Shown piece after piece: positions 36,449-52,745 of a DNA stretch of 64,000 nucleotides. Source of the DNA: Eledone cirrhosa (taxonomy: Eukaryota); contig OZ024740.1 of NCBI GenBank assembly GCA_964016885.1, positions 357,120,001 to 357,184,000 on the forward strand. Direction: 5' to 3'. The position numbers and the translations under genes were made by a program. The notes under the pieces were generated by a model, which had not been told where the DNA came from, ran no database searches, and saw only the letters and a program-made list of their open reading frames with translations. How positions within the stretch are numbered: the first letter of the stretch is position 1; the number at the start of each line of letters is the position of its first letter.

Positions 36449-36838
36449 GGCGCATGGCTTAGTGGTTAGAGCAGTGGGCTTGCAATCGAAAGGTTGTGAG
36501 TTCAATTCTCGGACTGGGTGATGTGTTGTATCCTTGAGCAAGACACTTTATTTCACATTGCTCCAGTTTACTCAGCTGTAGAAATGAGATGATAGACTGG
36601 AGTCCCTACCATTCCACTGCAAAGTGGTCGTGGAGGTGCCATGGCTAAAAAGCACCCAGCTCTCACTGTAAATGAGGTTGGTGTTAGGAAGGGCATCCAG
36701 CTGTAGAAATCAAGCCAGAATCAGTTCTTGTATGAGCAAGACAAGGTCAGCCGACCAGACACTGCCTACAACAGGACAACCCGTCTAACCCATGCTAGCG
36801 TGGAAGAACGGACGTAAAACAGTGATGATGATGATGAT
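36449..36838 (+). mobile_element. SINE family A
   Basis: Full head to (GAT)n tail; an older variant lies at ~36050-36300. Confidence 0.95.
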
Positions 36839-36976
36839 CCATTGTATTAAGTACGTTTTCATTCTTTATAAGATATATCCTGTATAACATATCTGAGACA
36901 TCACTCAACATTCACACTGGAATTCTTCTGTCTTTATTCAAGCAGAATGTATATTTACTTGCTATAGACTAGACCC

Positions 36977-37013
<37 letters not shown>

Positions 37014-37099
37014 CATACACACACACATATATATCTACTATGTTTATCCAGTTTAGAATAGATAAACAATCTCCTTGCATGTCACAAGTGCTTTGTCAT

Positions 37100-38560
37100 G
37101 GCGGCATAATCATCCTCTGTTGTCCGCATTCCATCACTATCCCAATCTATTGCCTAATGCAGGTGGGTGTGTATTCCATACAGCAGCACCTTTCCCAGAT
37201 ATCTGGTAAAGGACAGAAAGGAATGCACACCCACCTGTGTTAGGCAATGGGGAAAAATAGAATAGAGGGTGAAACCTATCAACACCAATGGTCCGAAGAG
37301 GTATCAATGTCAGTTAATACTTTCAATATTATTGTTTTGATTTTAGATTTTCAGTGTATGTCGTACTCTGGTGTGTTGTGTGTTGTCATCAATTTTCGTT
37401 TTCGTGCAATGTCATTAGTATTTGAAATGTAAATATTGTTCTTTAGCAATGAATTGAGTTTTGTACTGATGTATAGGTTTTGCTCATCTCTCAATGTAGT
37501 CACACCAAATTGTTAACCACATCAAGGGGTTTAGTTCTTTCTGTCCCCATTCCTTCAAAGTTGATATCTTTTCTTTCATGTATATGAACATTGCTTTGAT
37601 CACATCTGTTTCTGATGGGACTCTGTCCCACAGGTTCATGTTGCCAGCACTTGTGTGCAGTGTTCATAGCAAGATACGTTCAGGGCTATGTTTAATATTA
37701 ACATAAGTCTCTGAACCCTCCTATATACATTTCTTTTCTACAATGTTTTGATTGTTAAAACCTCATCTCATCAGTGGATATCAGTCTTGTCAACACAGTA
37801 AAGTTGTCATTTACTTGGTACATCATCTGATCACTGTTTATTAACCCGGTTCTGATCAAACACAAGATGTAGTTTTTTACAGAGTTGAGGAAGCCATTAA
37901 TGTGTAGTACATTCTTTTTTAGGTATACTTTATGTCAAATGTTGACTATATCCTTGCTGAATTCAGCATGTTTTATGTGATGGAACTTGCAGTAATTCTC
38001 ATATATTGCCAGAAATGTGTCTATATCCTATATAATGGTTTCCAATTTAGTGAAGAAGATGCATTTTCTTCGTCTGTAACTGTTGCTATATTGTGGTTAT
38101 AGGATTTTCAATCTGCAGTTGTGTAGCCACTGCTGAAAGTAAAGTTTATAGGTTTGGCCATATTTCTCCTTATTTACTGTGACTGCGAAGTTTATGATGT
38201 CTCCGAGATCCATACTGTTACATTTCATCATGATATTCTTGATAGACATAAACTTATTGTTTCATACGGTCTCTTGGTTTTTATCTTTTTAGAGTACTCA
38301 TCCTCTGGTGGTGGAATAAATTCTACCTTGTCAATTATTGTAAGAAGTTTTCTTTGTGAGTTTGTTGTCATGCAGGTAATTAATTCGTATTCAGATAAAT
38401 ACTCTGCAAAACCATCCAGAGACTCCACTTTAACTGCCTTCATATCGTAACTCATCACTTCTTTGTTCATGAGCTTCTTTAATTTGTGTGTTGCGATTCA
38501 TGTCTCTGGTTTATGTATGTATATCTGATACATTTTACTCAAACCATATGTATTCACTTG
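37100..38560 (-). mobile_element. Possible strongly decayed retroelement (PLE-like?) coding relic
   Basis: Coding-like minus-strand stretches (ORF 38228-38470) and scraps such as WNTHPP; no diagnostic motif intact. Confidence 0.2.
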
Positions 38561-39699
38561 AGATACATTTTTCTGTTTCATGTTGTTTCTTCATAAGATT
38601 TGTTTGTGATTCTAAATTTGCATACACTTAAGGTACACACATTTTATGTTGTATCGGCCACAAATATACATGCCTGCTGTATGCTGTATTGAGATGTAAT
38701 ACAGTTTTTTACAGTTACTGTCATAAGATACATTTGTATAATGCAAACATATTCAAAGCTTGTCTCACTTTTCAAATAAGCTGAATACACTTGTATAGTT
38801 ATATTTTGCTTAGAATCCAAAGTCCATTCACATTGTATGCTATCATAGTCTATGTATTTATTTTTGATACATAATAAATTGATGTATTTCTAATTACATT
38901 CCTTTATCAAACAGTAATATTAAATTTGTTACTGAAATTGATTTAGTTATTGAATTTTACATAAAAAATATTTATGTGAAATCATCAGTGACTTGCCAGG
39001 ATTGAAAATCTGGCATAAAACTGTTTATGATCTCAAAGAGATTATTTCATACAAGCTGTGCATATCTAATTAAGAAATATGTTCATTTTGAACAGATTTA
39101 TTTCTTGAATAGCCCTCAAAACACTTGCTTATATTTTATGAAATATCATTTATTGAAGCTTGCATTTATTAGACTTAATCTGTTTAAAAATGTATTTGGA
39201 TCATATATGTATATATATATATCTATTTTGATACTTATCCCTTAAGGACCACATTTATATTCATAATATATTGAAACATAATAGAGTATTCATTGAATAC
39301 TGTCAATGGTGGTCATTTTTGGCACATTGTCACTTTTAATGTGTATTCACATTGGATACGCCTATCTATCTACCTTCATTTACATTAAAACTATTTTTTA
39401 AATGTAAACGTGCATTCACATTGAATACGCAGTATTATTTCTCAAGTGTATAGTTATTTTGGAAACATTGCATTTCACACTAAAACTTATAAGCAATGTT
39501 ATTCTTATATTATTGTTTGTGTCTGAATCAAGATAATACTTTTCACAACAGTGTATTTAAATAGGATTATATAACTCTTGTTATATGTAAGTTTATTTTA
39601 TCTTTTTCTTTCTATTCATATGAAGTACACCTATTATTTATTCATTCAAATTTCATACATATCTATTTTTAAATCGCTTCATTTTGCAGTATGCCACTT

Positions 39700-39951
39700 T
39701 ATATATATATATTTATATATATATATATATATATATGCATATCTGTATATATGTATATATATATATATGTATATATGTATATATATATGTATATGTATAT
39801 CTATATATGCATATATATGTATATGTATGTATGTATATATATATATATATGTATATATGTATATGTATATATATATGTATATGTATATATGTATATGTAT
39901 ATATGTATGTGTATATATATATGTATATATGTATGTGTATATATATATATG

Positions 39952-39990
<39 letters not shown>

Positions 39991-40053
39991 ATATATATGT
40001 ATGTGTATATATATAAATATGTATATATGTATGTGTATATATATAAATATGTA

Positions 40054-40114
<61 letters not shown>

Positions 40115-40131
40115 GTATATATATGTATGTA

Positions 40132-40175
<44 letters not shown>
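39700..40175. repeat. (TA)n/(TATG)n microsatellite
   Basis: Direct inspection. Confidence 0.98.
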
Positions 40176-41383
40176 AACGATACAGTAAATCCTTCCATAT
40201 AGGATACCTTAAAGCTATTATCCTCACAGGATATACTTCAACTGTGTATCCATATTGGATATACCTTAGATATATTTCACACTAAGTATACATTGGCATA
40301 AGATACACTTTAGATATATATTGGCATATGATATATTATCTAAAGTATAACATCACCATCATCTATTTTAAATAATGATAATAGGGATGATGATATACTT
40401 GAGATATATATTACCACAGGATGTACTTAAGATGTATATCCACATTGGATATACGTGCAATGTATATCTTACAAAGGATATACTTTTGATGTATATGTTA
40501 AAAAGAAAATACTTTTCATGTATACTCACATAAGATATAAGATATATTTTTGATGTATAAGATATACTTTTGATGTATATCAACATAAAATCTACTTGAG
40601 ATGTGTATCCATATTGGATATACATGAGATGTGTATCCACATTGGATATATTTGAGCCATGTATTTACATTGGTTACACTTGAGCCGTGTATTCACATTA
40701 GATACACTGGAATTCCACATTGCCAGTGGATAACATTCTCTGTATTGGAGACAGATGAACAGTATCTTCAGGCCTGTTGCTAGGCTTTGGTGCTCGGAGG
40801 AGCTTTGGAACATTCTAATTCACAATAATTCTATGGTGGAGTATTTGGAATAAGTATACCACTGTAATTAATTTCTAAATTTGAGGTTACACTATTGAAA
40901 AGTAGGGGTGAAACAGTGCTATTCCATGTGTGTGTATGTCCTTTAGTGACAGGCCCATATATCCTACCCTAGACCTGAGGGTTCACCATCAAAATATGTG
41001 GGGGAAAGGGGAAGTCAGTGCTGTTCAGTGTCCTGACACTCCCTTGATGACAGGTCCATGTTTCCTATCCTGGACTTAATTGTGTTATTTGTCTACACTT
41101 GATACTGTGTATTTGAACATCCACAACAGATTCAGTTGATCAGATGTGTATCCATACTGGATACATTGGTGTTGTGTATTTATTTATTCTCGATACATTT
41201 TATGTTTCATTTAAGCTGTATTCATATTGGATACATTTCATTATGTTCACATTGGATGTAATTAATATGTTTATTTATTCTTAAGATAGACACATTTAGC
41301 TTGATCAGGATGTGTGTATATATTCATATATATATATATAATTCAAGAAGGAATTTGTAGTTTATTTGAAGCATTGTATATGG

Positions 41384-41747
41384 TATAAAGAATTTGAAGT
41401 TTGAAAGCCACGACAATGCAGGTTTGAACAGAGAATAATTAAATCGTAAGAAACGGCTTGTTATTTTTTTTACCTTAATTTATTCATATGTCCTGATATT
41501 TCAAGGTTAATATCTCAAGACTAATATCCAATGTGGCTTGCTATACCATGCTGGCCAGCATGGTATAGCAAGCCACATTGGACACTGGAATAGTTCCTTT
41601 ATTTTCCTCGGAAGAAGATATATTAATCTTGAAATATCAGGACATATGAATAAATTAAGGTAAAAAAACAAGCCCTTTTTCTTACAATATAATTATTCTC
41701 CATCCAAACCTGCATCGTCGTGGCTTTCAAACTTCAAATTCTTTATA
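41384..41747. mobile_element. Fold-back element, ~130-bp arms, enclosing a perfect 56-bp palindrome
   Basis: tataaagaatttgaagtttgaaagccacgac... / ...gtcgtggctttcaaacttcaaattctttata; TA termini; palindrome at 41527-41582. Confidence 0.9.
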
Positions 41748-42325
41748 TAATTCAAATTTTAAGAAAGTCAAGGAAAGCATATTATTATTTATTCATACAT
41801 CTTGACAGACGTTTCAACGCAGCTAGAATATGATATTTATTTGTGGAGAGAACTGGATATTACCAGTTAATTATTTACTCTATTATGGGTGCTTTATTCA
41901 GAGCATATCTCTTCAGGGAATATATATAATAAAATAACAATAAATTAATCAATATTATAAGGTTATCAAGAATAGGTAATTCAAAGCAAGGTGCAGTTAG
42001 TCAGGCAATTAATTTCAAGTGCAAAAAGCATACTCTTGCCTAGATTTTCTGACATGGCTTCTTAAAATTTGAATTGTAAATGCTCTGCTACCGGAACTGC
42101 CCTTTATTCATCCAGTTTTCTTTTCACTCCTGAAGAACAGGGGGGATGTAAAGTACATCGAGCTTATCTCATCTTACCAATGAAAATAGTAACACTATTA
42201 CCTCATATATATATATATATATGATGTATATATTATATATGTATATATTATATATATATGTATATTATATGTATATGTATATTATATATGTATATTTTAT
42301 ATATACATGTGTATGTGTGTATATA

Positions 42326-42370
<45 letters not shown>

Positions 42371-43047
42371 GCTTTAAAAATTGTGTATTCACATTGGATA
42401 CATATATTGAACTATATGGTATCCACATTGGATACTATAAATATGTCTACTGAAGTTTCAGTTTAAGGTTGATTACCCTCCTAAACCCCTTGCCATGTAT
42501 CTCTGTAGGATGCACAAATTTCACTATTTTAAAGTGTCAACTCATATTAGATTAATGTGATATATTTTTGGTGGAAGAATTATATTTTCATTGTAATTCA
42601 AAATTATTTAAGATTTTATTTGTAAAAGGGACCAAGTTTTAAAGAGGAATTTAAAAGCTGTATCAGATTTGGTGTTTGTTGGGTTTCTATAATGTTCAAA
42701 TTATTAAGAGAAAGCAAATCACACTAATTTACATTAATTTAACGTTTTACCATATGTATATTAATAGGTTATATTAATGTGATATTTTAGAATAACTGTA
42801 AAATTAAGGTGCTTGGCAACTGAGTGCAAAGTTTATTGCAAGTGTTAGTCAATGCATATCACTCTGCTTGCCTCAGATTACCTCACAGAAAACTTGTTTC
42901 CCTTCCTTGAATCTCAATAGTTATCAGCAAGAAAGGCATACAGTTGTAGAAAAAAGTGCTCTAACAATACAAGAAAATCTGTTAGCATATAATAAAGGGG
43001 GAAAAAATGATGGTTGATCATATAATTTCAAGTTTAATTTCGGAAGA

Positions 43048-43482
43048 TATCATCATCATCATCATCATCACTTAATGTCCGCTTTTCCCTGCTTGCAAGG
43101 GTTGGATGGGTCCTATTCAGCACAGCATCTCTCCACTTGTCACAGTCCTTGTCATCTCCTCGGTGAGTTTCAATGATCTGAGGTCTGCTCTCACCACCTC
43201 CGCCCATGTTTTTCGTGGTCTACCTCTACTGCGTCTTCCTTCTACTGGGATTTCTTGGCACTTTTTTACCCAGCGGTCATCCTCCATGCGCATCACATGT
43301 CCATACCATCTCAGCCTTCTCTCCTGCACACCACAACTTATCCCTCTTATACCCAGTTTCTTTCTCAACTCGTCTATGCTTGGTCGTTCACGCACATTGA
43401 CATTGCACATCCAACGGAGCATACTTGCTTCATTTCTCTCCAGCCGTCGCATATCTTCTGCAGTTGCTGCCCATGTCTCACT
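43048..43482 (-). mobile_element. 5'-truncated RTE LINE 3' end
   Basis: ETWAAT..MRRLERNEASMLRWM, LRWYGHVMR, GRPRKTW; (GAT)n tail. Confidence 0.95.
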
Positions 43483-43599
43483 CTACTTCTCTTAAGTATA
43501 AAGTGCTAATTTGTACAATGGGCTTACTGGTCTTAACTAGTAAACCCCCCCCCCCCCCCCACACACACACACTGTATGTATGTATATATATATGTATTC

Positions 43600-44860
43600 C
43601 TAATGATTTGCTTAAAATGAAAAGTTCCCCCAACCTCTATGTCCCCTCTCATAAAACCAGAAACTTTATGAGGTGGACTTACCAAACTACCTGAAGCTGG
43701 CAAAAAATGCCATCACAACCACTTACAAAAAAATAGACGAGAGGGCATTGATCGATACCAACATAGTTGGCAAAGGGATCGCAAAACCCTTTAAAGTTGA
43801 AGACTGGACTGAACCATTAAGGGTAAAGATCCCGCAATTTACCCTTAAAGAAAACAAGGACAATTCCATTAACAAACCGTCGGTTTGACTAATTAACCCT
43901 ACACGCTTGCACATCAGATCAATCAGCCAGAAAATCCTTGATAAAATACTACCTTCACTGCATGCAGCCTCACCACTCTTACTCTGGAGCATAACTTCCG
44001 AGGCAATCTCCTGGTTCCAGGAATTTCCTGAGAAATGTAATACCCGTTTTCTGCAATGGGATATAGAGGATCACTACTCTTCTATTTCAGAGCCTCTACT
44101 GAAAGATGCACTGGCTTTTGCTAGGAAGTTTACCACCATCACTGATGCTGAGCAGGACGTGATCCTTGACGCCTGTAAGACCTTATCTCACAAAGGTTCT
44201 TACTGGATTAATAAGAAGTCTGATACCCCATTTGACATCAGTATGGGAGCAAGTGACTCTGCAGAAGTTAGCGACTTGGTGGGCCTGTATATCTTATACC
44301 ACCTGAAGAATCTTTTAGCAGTACTGACCGGAGCATTGCACCGCGATGATGGCCTTTTTTGCTTTGCACAAGGTAAACCCAAGAACCACTGATGGTTTAG
44401 GAAAACTTACATTCTTTCTTCTGTAATCTATGTTTTAGAATCACTGTTGAATCAAATATAACTAGGGTCAATTTTTTATACATTACCTTAGATTTAGAAA
44501 CTTCCCTCTACTACTCTTTCCACAAACCTAATGAATCCCTTAGATACATAGTTGTTAATTCGAATCCCCCAATTACTGAAAACTCAGTTAAAAGTGTCTC
44601 ACTTAGAATTTCCGGTCTCTCAGCTAATGAAGACTTTTTAGTGCCTCTGCCTCCAACTACAATGAAACCCTTGCCTGCAATGGCTTTAAAGAAAAAAAAT
44701 CACTTATCTCGACAATACACCTAGACCCCTTACGAGAAATAGGTATAGAAAACTGAGCTGGTACACCCCGCTTCCTCAACAAAGTGGTATCAACACCAAT
44801 AACTAGGACTTTCTTTAAATTGTTAAATAAATACTTTCCCACCCAACATAGGTACCACAT
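43600..44860 (+). mobile_element. Penelope-like element RT (decayed, EN missing)
   Basis: YVP..KT.NF, TLK..KD..INKP..LINP, FLQWDIE..Y.SI, FDISMGA.DSAEV.DLVGLYIL, LHRDDGL, VNFL.ITLDL, KPN..L.YI.V.SN.PP, KLLNKYFP..H. Confidence 0.85.
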
Positions 44861-46618
44861 ATATATTGAAGAAGTAAAATCCCAATGGCAAGGTCAGTGT
44901 GAATTAGCTCTCTAAACAATAATCTGCTTCGAACTGCTGCTCTTAAAGTGTTCAAATTTATATTCAAATATCATTATTTTATGACAGATAAACGCCGAGG
45001 TTAACTTTGCCTTTCATTCTTTCGGGGTCGATAAAATAAAGTACCAGTAATGCACTGGGTAATTGCTGGCCTTGTGCCTAACGTAGAAACAATTATTTTA
45101 TGATAGATAATATTAGATTTCAAATGTTAAATATTTCTTTTTTATTAAGTTGAAAGTTAGTTTTATTTCCCTATTTCTTTCATAACTATTTATTATTTTG
45201 ATAATCAAAACACAAAGGCAATATTTTCTTATTAGAAATATGGTTCACAAAACGTTTAAAAACTTTTTTTTTTTGTGTGTGTGTCTATGCATATGGGTTG
45301 GGGGGGAGGGGGGGGGTACTTTCTAGTTTTGTTTCCATATATGTATAGATACGTGCATGATTAGTGTTATTGAGAATATATTATGCTGATTGCAACCGCT
45401 GACTTGTAGTTATGTTGGGCTACAATTTCCCTTTGCTGTTTGTTGAGTTCTTTGGGAATACAATCATCTTTGTTGCAAAGTATTGTTAAGTTTGTAGATT
45501 TGTATTCCTATGTTTGTTTTAAAAAAAATTATGATATAAATTTGTAATGTGTGTTTAGTGTTATTATTGGTAGACTAGCATTGCTACCTGGTGCTGCTTG
45601 AATGCTGAATATGCAGAAATTTTCTTTTGTTTATTTTATTAAACTTAAATGACTTAACTTATAACAAGTTTTTATGAAGTACTTTCCACACATACTGATT
45701 AACACACACACATACTTGCATGCACACACGAATATGTGTGTATGTTTATGTCTAAATTGCTTCAAAACAGAGGTTCAACAAATAGAGTTCAATAAAATAA
45801 GTACCGCACTTTAAAAAAATAGGTAAAAAGGTTCATATGAAACCCTTGAAGGCAGTGTCCCAGCATGGTTGCTGTCCAGTGAAAGAGAAAAAGAATATAT
45901 ATATATATATATATATATAAATACATAAGTAAATTTGTCACTAATATACATAGCATCTCAATGAAAACAGATTGCTAAAATAAATCTAATTCACAGAAGC
46001 AAATACATATAAAACATCGTATACAAAATCAATGAGAGGTAGGTCCCAATAAATTAATCTAAAATAAGAATATTTCACAAGCAACTTTCCCAATGAATAG
46101 AGTCTTAGTTAAGCAACCTAAAGCTAAGTTCACTTACTACAGTTTCCAAGACAAAGAACGATACAGATCATCTCAATACATTGAGACATTCCATCCTGCC
46201 AGAAAATCTTTTTGTCAGAAGGTTTCTGTACGGTATGAGAAAAAATAAATAAGCCTGTTTAATGAATGGAGTTGATCCTCACTGATCAAGCATGGTACAA
46301 GATAAAAAATATTATTACACACGTGTGTAGTTCTACTAACAAGGTAACGGACAAAGTGATGAGTTTAAATTGCCACTAGAAATAGCAGTCAATATGAACT
46401 GTCAATTTAAGGAGCAGCAAATATCATACATAAGTAAATGTGTCACCAATATACATAACATCTCAATGAAAACAGATTGCTAAAATAAATTTAATTCAGA
46501 GAAGTAAATACCGTATTTCCCAGTATCGAAGATGTTACTTTTTTCCTAAAATAAGTCTAAAATATCTAGCATGCGTCCTGGAGGCCGAAGGTTGTTTATT
46601 ATTTTTTTTCAAATTGAC

Positions 46619-46993
46619 GGTGGATTGGCAGTGTCGGTGGAGGGTCGGACGCCATGCTTTCCAGCATAGTTACGTCCCTTTACGATCTGAGTTCAAATCC
46701 CGCCGAGGTTGACTTTGCCTTTCATCCTGACGGGGTCGATAAAATAAAGTACCAGTAATGCACTGGGTAATTGCTGGCCTTGTGCCTAAAGTAGAAACAA
46801 TTATATAGGGTGGTGAATTGGCAGTATCGGTAGAGGGTTGGACGCCATGCTTTCCAGCATAGTTACGTCCCTTTACGATCTGAGTTCAAATCCCGCCGAG
46901 GTTGACTTTGCCTTTCATCCTTACGGGGTCGATAAAATAAAGTACCAGTAATGCACTGGTTAATTGCTGGCCTTGTGCCTAAAGTAGAAAGAA
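46619..46993 (+). mobile_element. Tandem dimer of SINE B inside a TACCGTA-ended DNA-transposon fragment (~46509-47050)
   Basis: Two ~185-bp near-identical copies; host flanks gcgtcctggaggccgaa and gcgtcctcgaggacgaa. Confidence 0.85.
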
Positions 46994-47174
46994 TTTTTTT
47001 TTTTCAAATTTTTGGTTGTCAAAATTAGGGTGCGTCCTCGAGGACGAAATGTCTTGGTGAAGCCTTCTATCTTTATGCTACTTAACTAAGATTCCATCCC
47101 TAGGGAAAGATGCTTGTGAAGTCTTCTTATTTTAGATTCTTTATTGGGATCTATCCCTCAGTGATTTTGTGTGT

Positions 47175-50640
<3,466 letters not shown>

Positions 50641-50984
50641 TCTACGCCATTTTTTATTCAGTCTGTCTCAGACAGACTGAATAAAAAATGGCGTAGACAT
50701 ACAAGACAACAGGAGGAACAAAGAATATAACACCACTGACGATGTTGCAGATGTGCAACGAAAGATATATGTAAATTATGTAAACTATATATATGTGTTT
50801 GTGTCTATATTGTATCTGTATTATTTTTGACCGTCGGTCAGTCAATGGCAACATTGAGGACCGAGTAAGTTAGATCGCAGATATAAAAGACAGCGAGAAG
50901 CGAAAACCAACCAAACAGTGAGTGTGTTCTGTTATTAATTCTGGCAATATTACGCAAATATGACCCTCCCCAAGTATAACAATA

Positions 50985-50988
50985 TGTG

Positions 50989-51045
<57 letters not shown>

Positions 51046-51094
51046 GTATATATATATATGTATATATATGTATGTATATGTATATATATATATG

Positions 51095-51139
<45 letters not shown>

Positions 51140-51164
51140 GTATATATATGTATATATATATATG

Positions 51165-51243
<79 letters not shown>

Positions 51244-51258
51244 GTATATATATATATG

Positions 51259-51309
<51 letters not shown>

Positions 51310-51508
51310 GTATATATATATATGTATATATATATGTATATATATATGTATATATATATATGTATATATATATGTATATATATATGTATATATATATGTA
51401 TATATATATGTATATATATGTATATATATATGTATATGTATATGTATATGTATATATATATATGTATATATATATATGTATATATATATATGTATATATA
51501 TATATATG

Positions 51509-51540
<32 letters not shown>

Positions 51541-51720
51541 TGTATATATATGTATGTATATATATATATATATATGTATATCTATGTATGTATATATATA
51601 TATATATATTAATATATATGTATGTATATATATATATATATGTATATCTATGTATGTATATATATATATATATTAATATATATATATGTATATATATATA
51701 TATATGTATATATATGTATG

Positions 51721-51771
<51 letters not shown>

Positions 51772-51816
51772 GTATATATATGTATGTATATATATATATA
51801 TATATGTATATATATG

Positions 51817-51858
<42 letters not shown>

Positions 51859-51883
51859 CATACATGTATATATATATATACAT
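50985..51883. repeat. Interrupted (TA)n array
   Basis: Direct inspection. Confidence 0.99.
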
Positions 51884-52055
51884 AGGTCCTCAGTAATATT
51901 ATTCTGATGAAATGACAGTAAATAATAACATTGAAATATTGAATGTCTGCATAACTAAAAGTTTGTAGATAGCAGCTGTTTTAGGTTATGTAACTGTTAT
52001 AGAAACACGTGTCAATAAATTCCTTTCAACTAAACTGTATCCATTCAAATCTTTC

Positions 52056-52087
<32 letters not shown>

Positions 52088-52143
52088 TGTATATATATAT
52101 ATATATGTATATATGTATATATATATGTATATATATATATATG

Positions 52144-52188
<45 letters not shown>

Positions 52189-52457
52189 ATATATATGTAT
52201 ATGTATATATATATGTATATATATGTATATATGTATATATATATATGTATATATGTATATATATATGTATATATGTATATATATATGTATATATGTATAT
52301 ATATATATATATATGTATGTATATATGTATATATGTATGTATATATGTATATATGTATGTATGTATATATATATGTATGTATGTATATATATATGTATAT
52401 ATGTATATATATATGTATATATGTATATATATATGTATATATGTATGTATGTATGTA

Positions 52458-52491
<34 letters not shown>

Positions 52492-52493
52492 TG

Positions 52494-52540
<47 letters not shown>

Positions 52541-52675
52541 ATGTATATGTATATATATATGTGTATATATATATGTATGTATATATGTATTTATATATGT
52601 ATATATATATATATGTATATATATGTATTTATATATGTATATATATATATATGTATATATATGTATTTATATATG

Positions 52676-52706
<31 letters not shown>

Positions 52707-52745
52707 GTATGTATATATATATATATATATATATAATGTATATAT
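52056..52745. repeat. Interrupted (TA)n array
   Basis: Direct inspection. Confidence 0.99.

Noticed and set aside
39340-42440. CRISPR-like array (palindromic repeat with variable spacers)
   Set aside because: Eukaryotic context, irregular spacing, degenerate 17-bp repeats and no cas genes; kept only as a motif-array finding. The repeats at 17085 and 26484 have no unique spacers.
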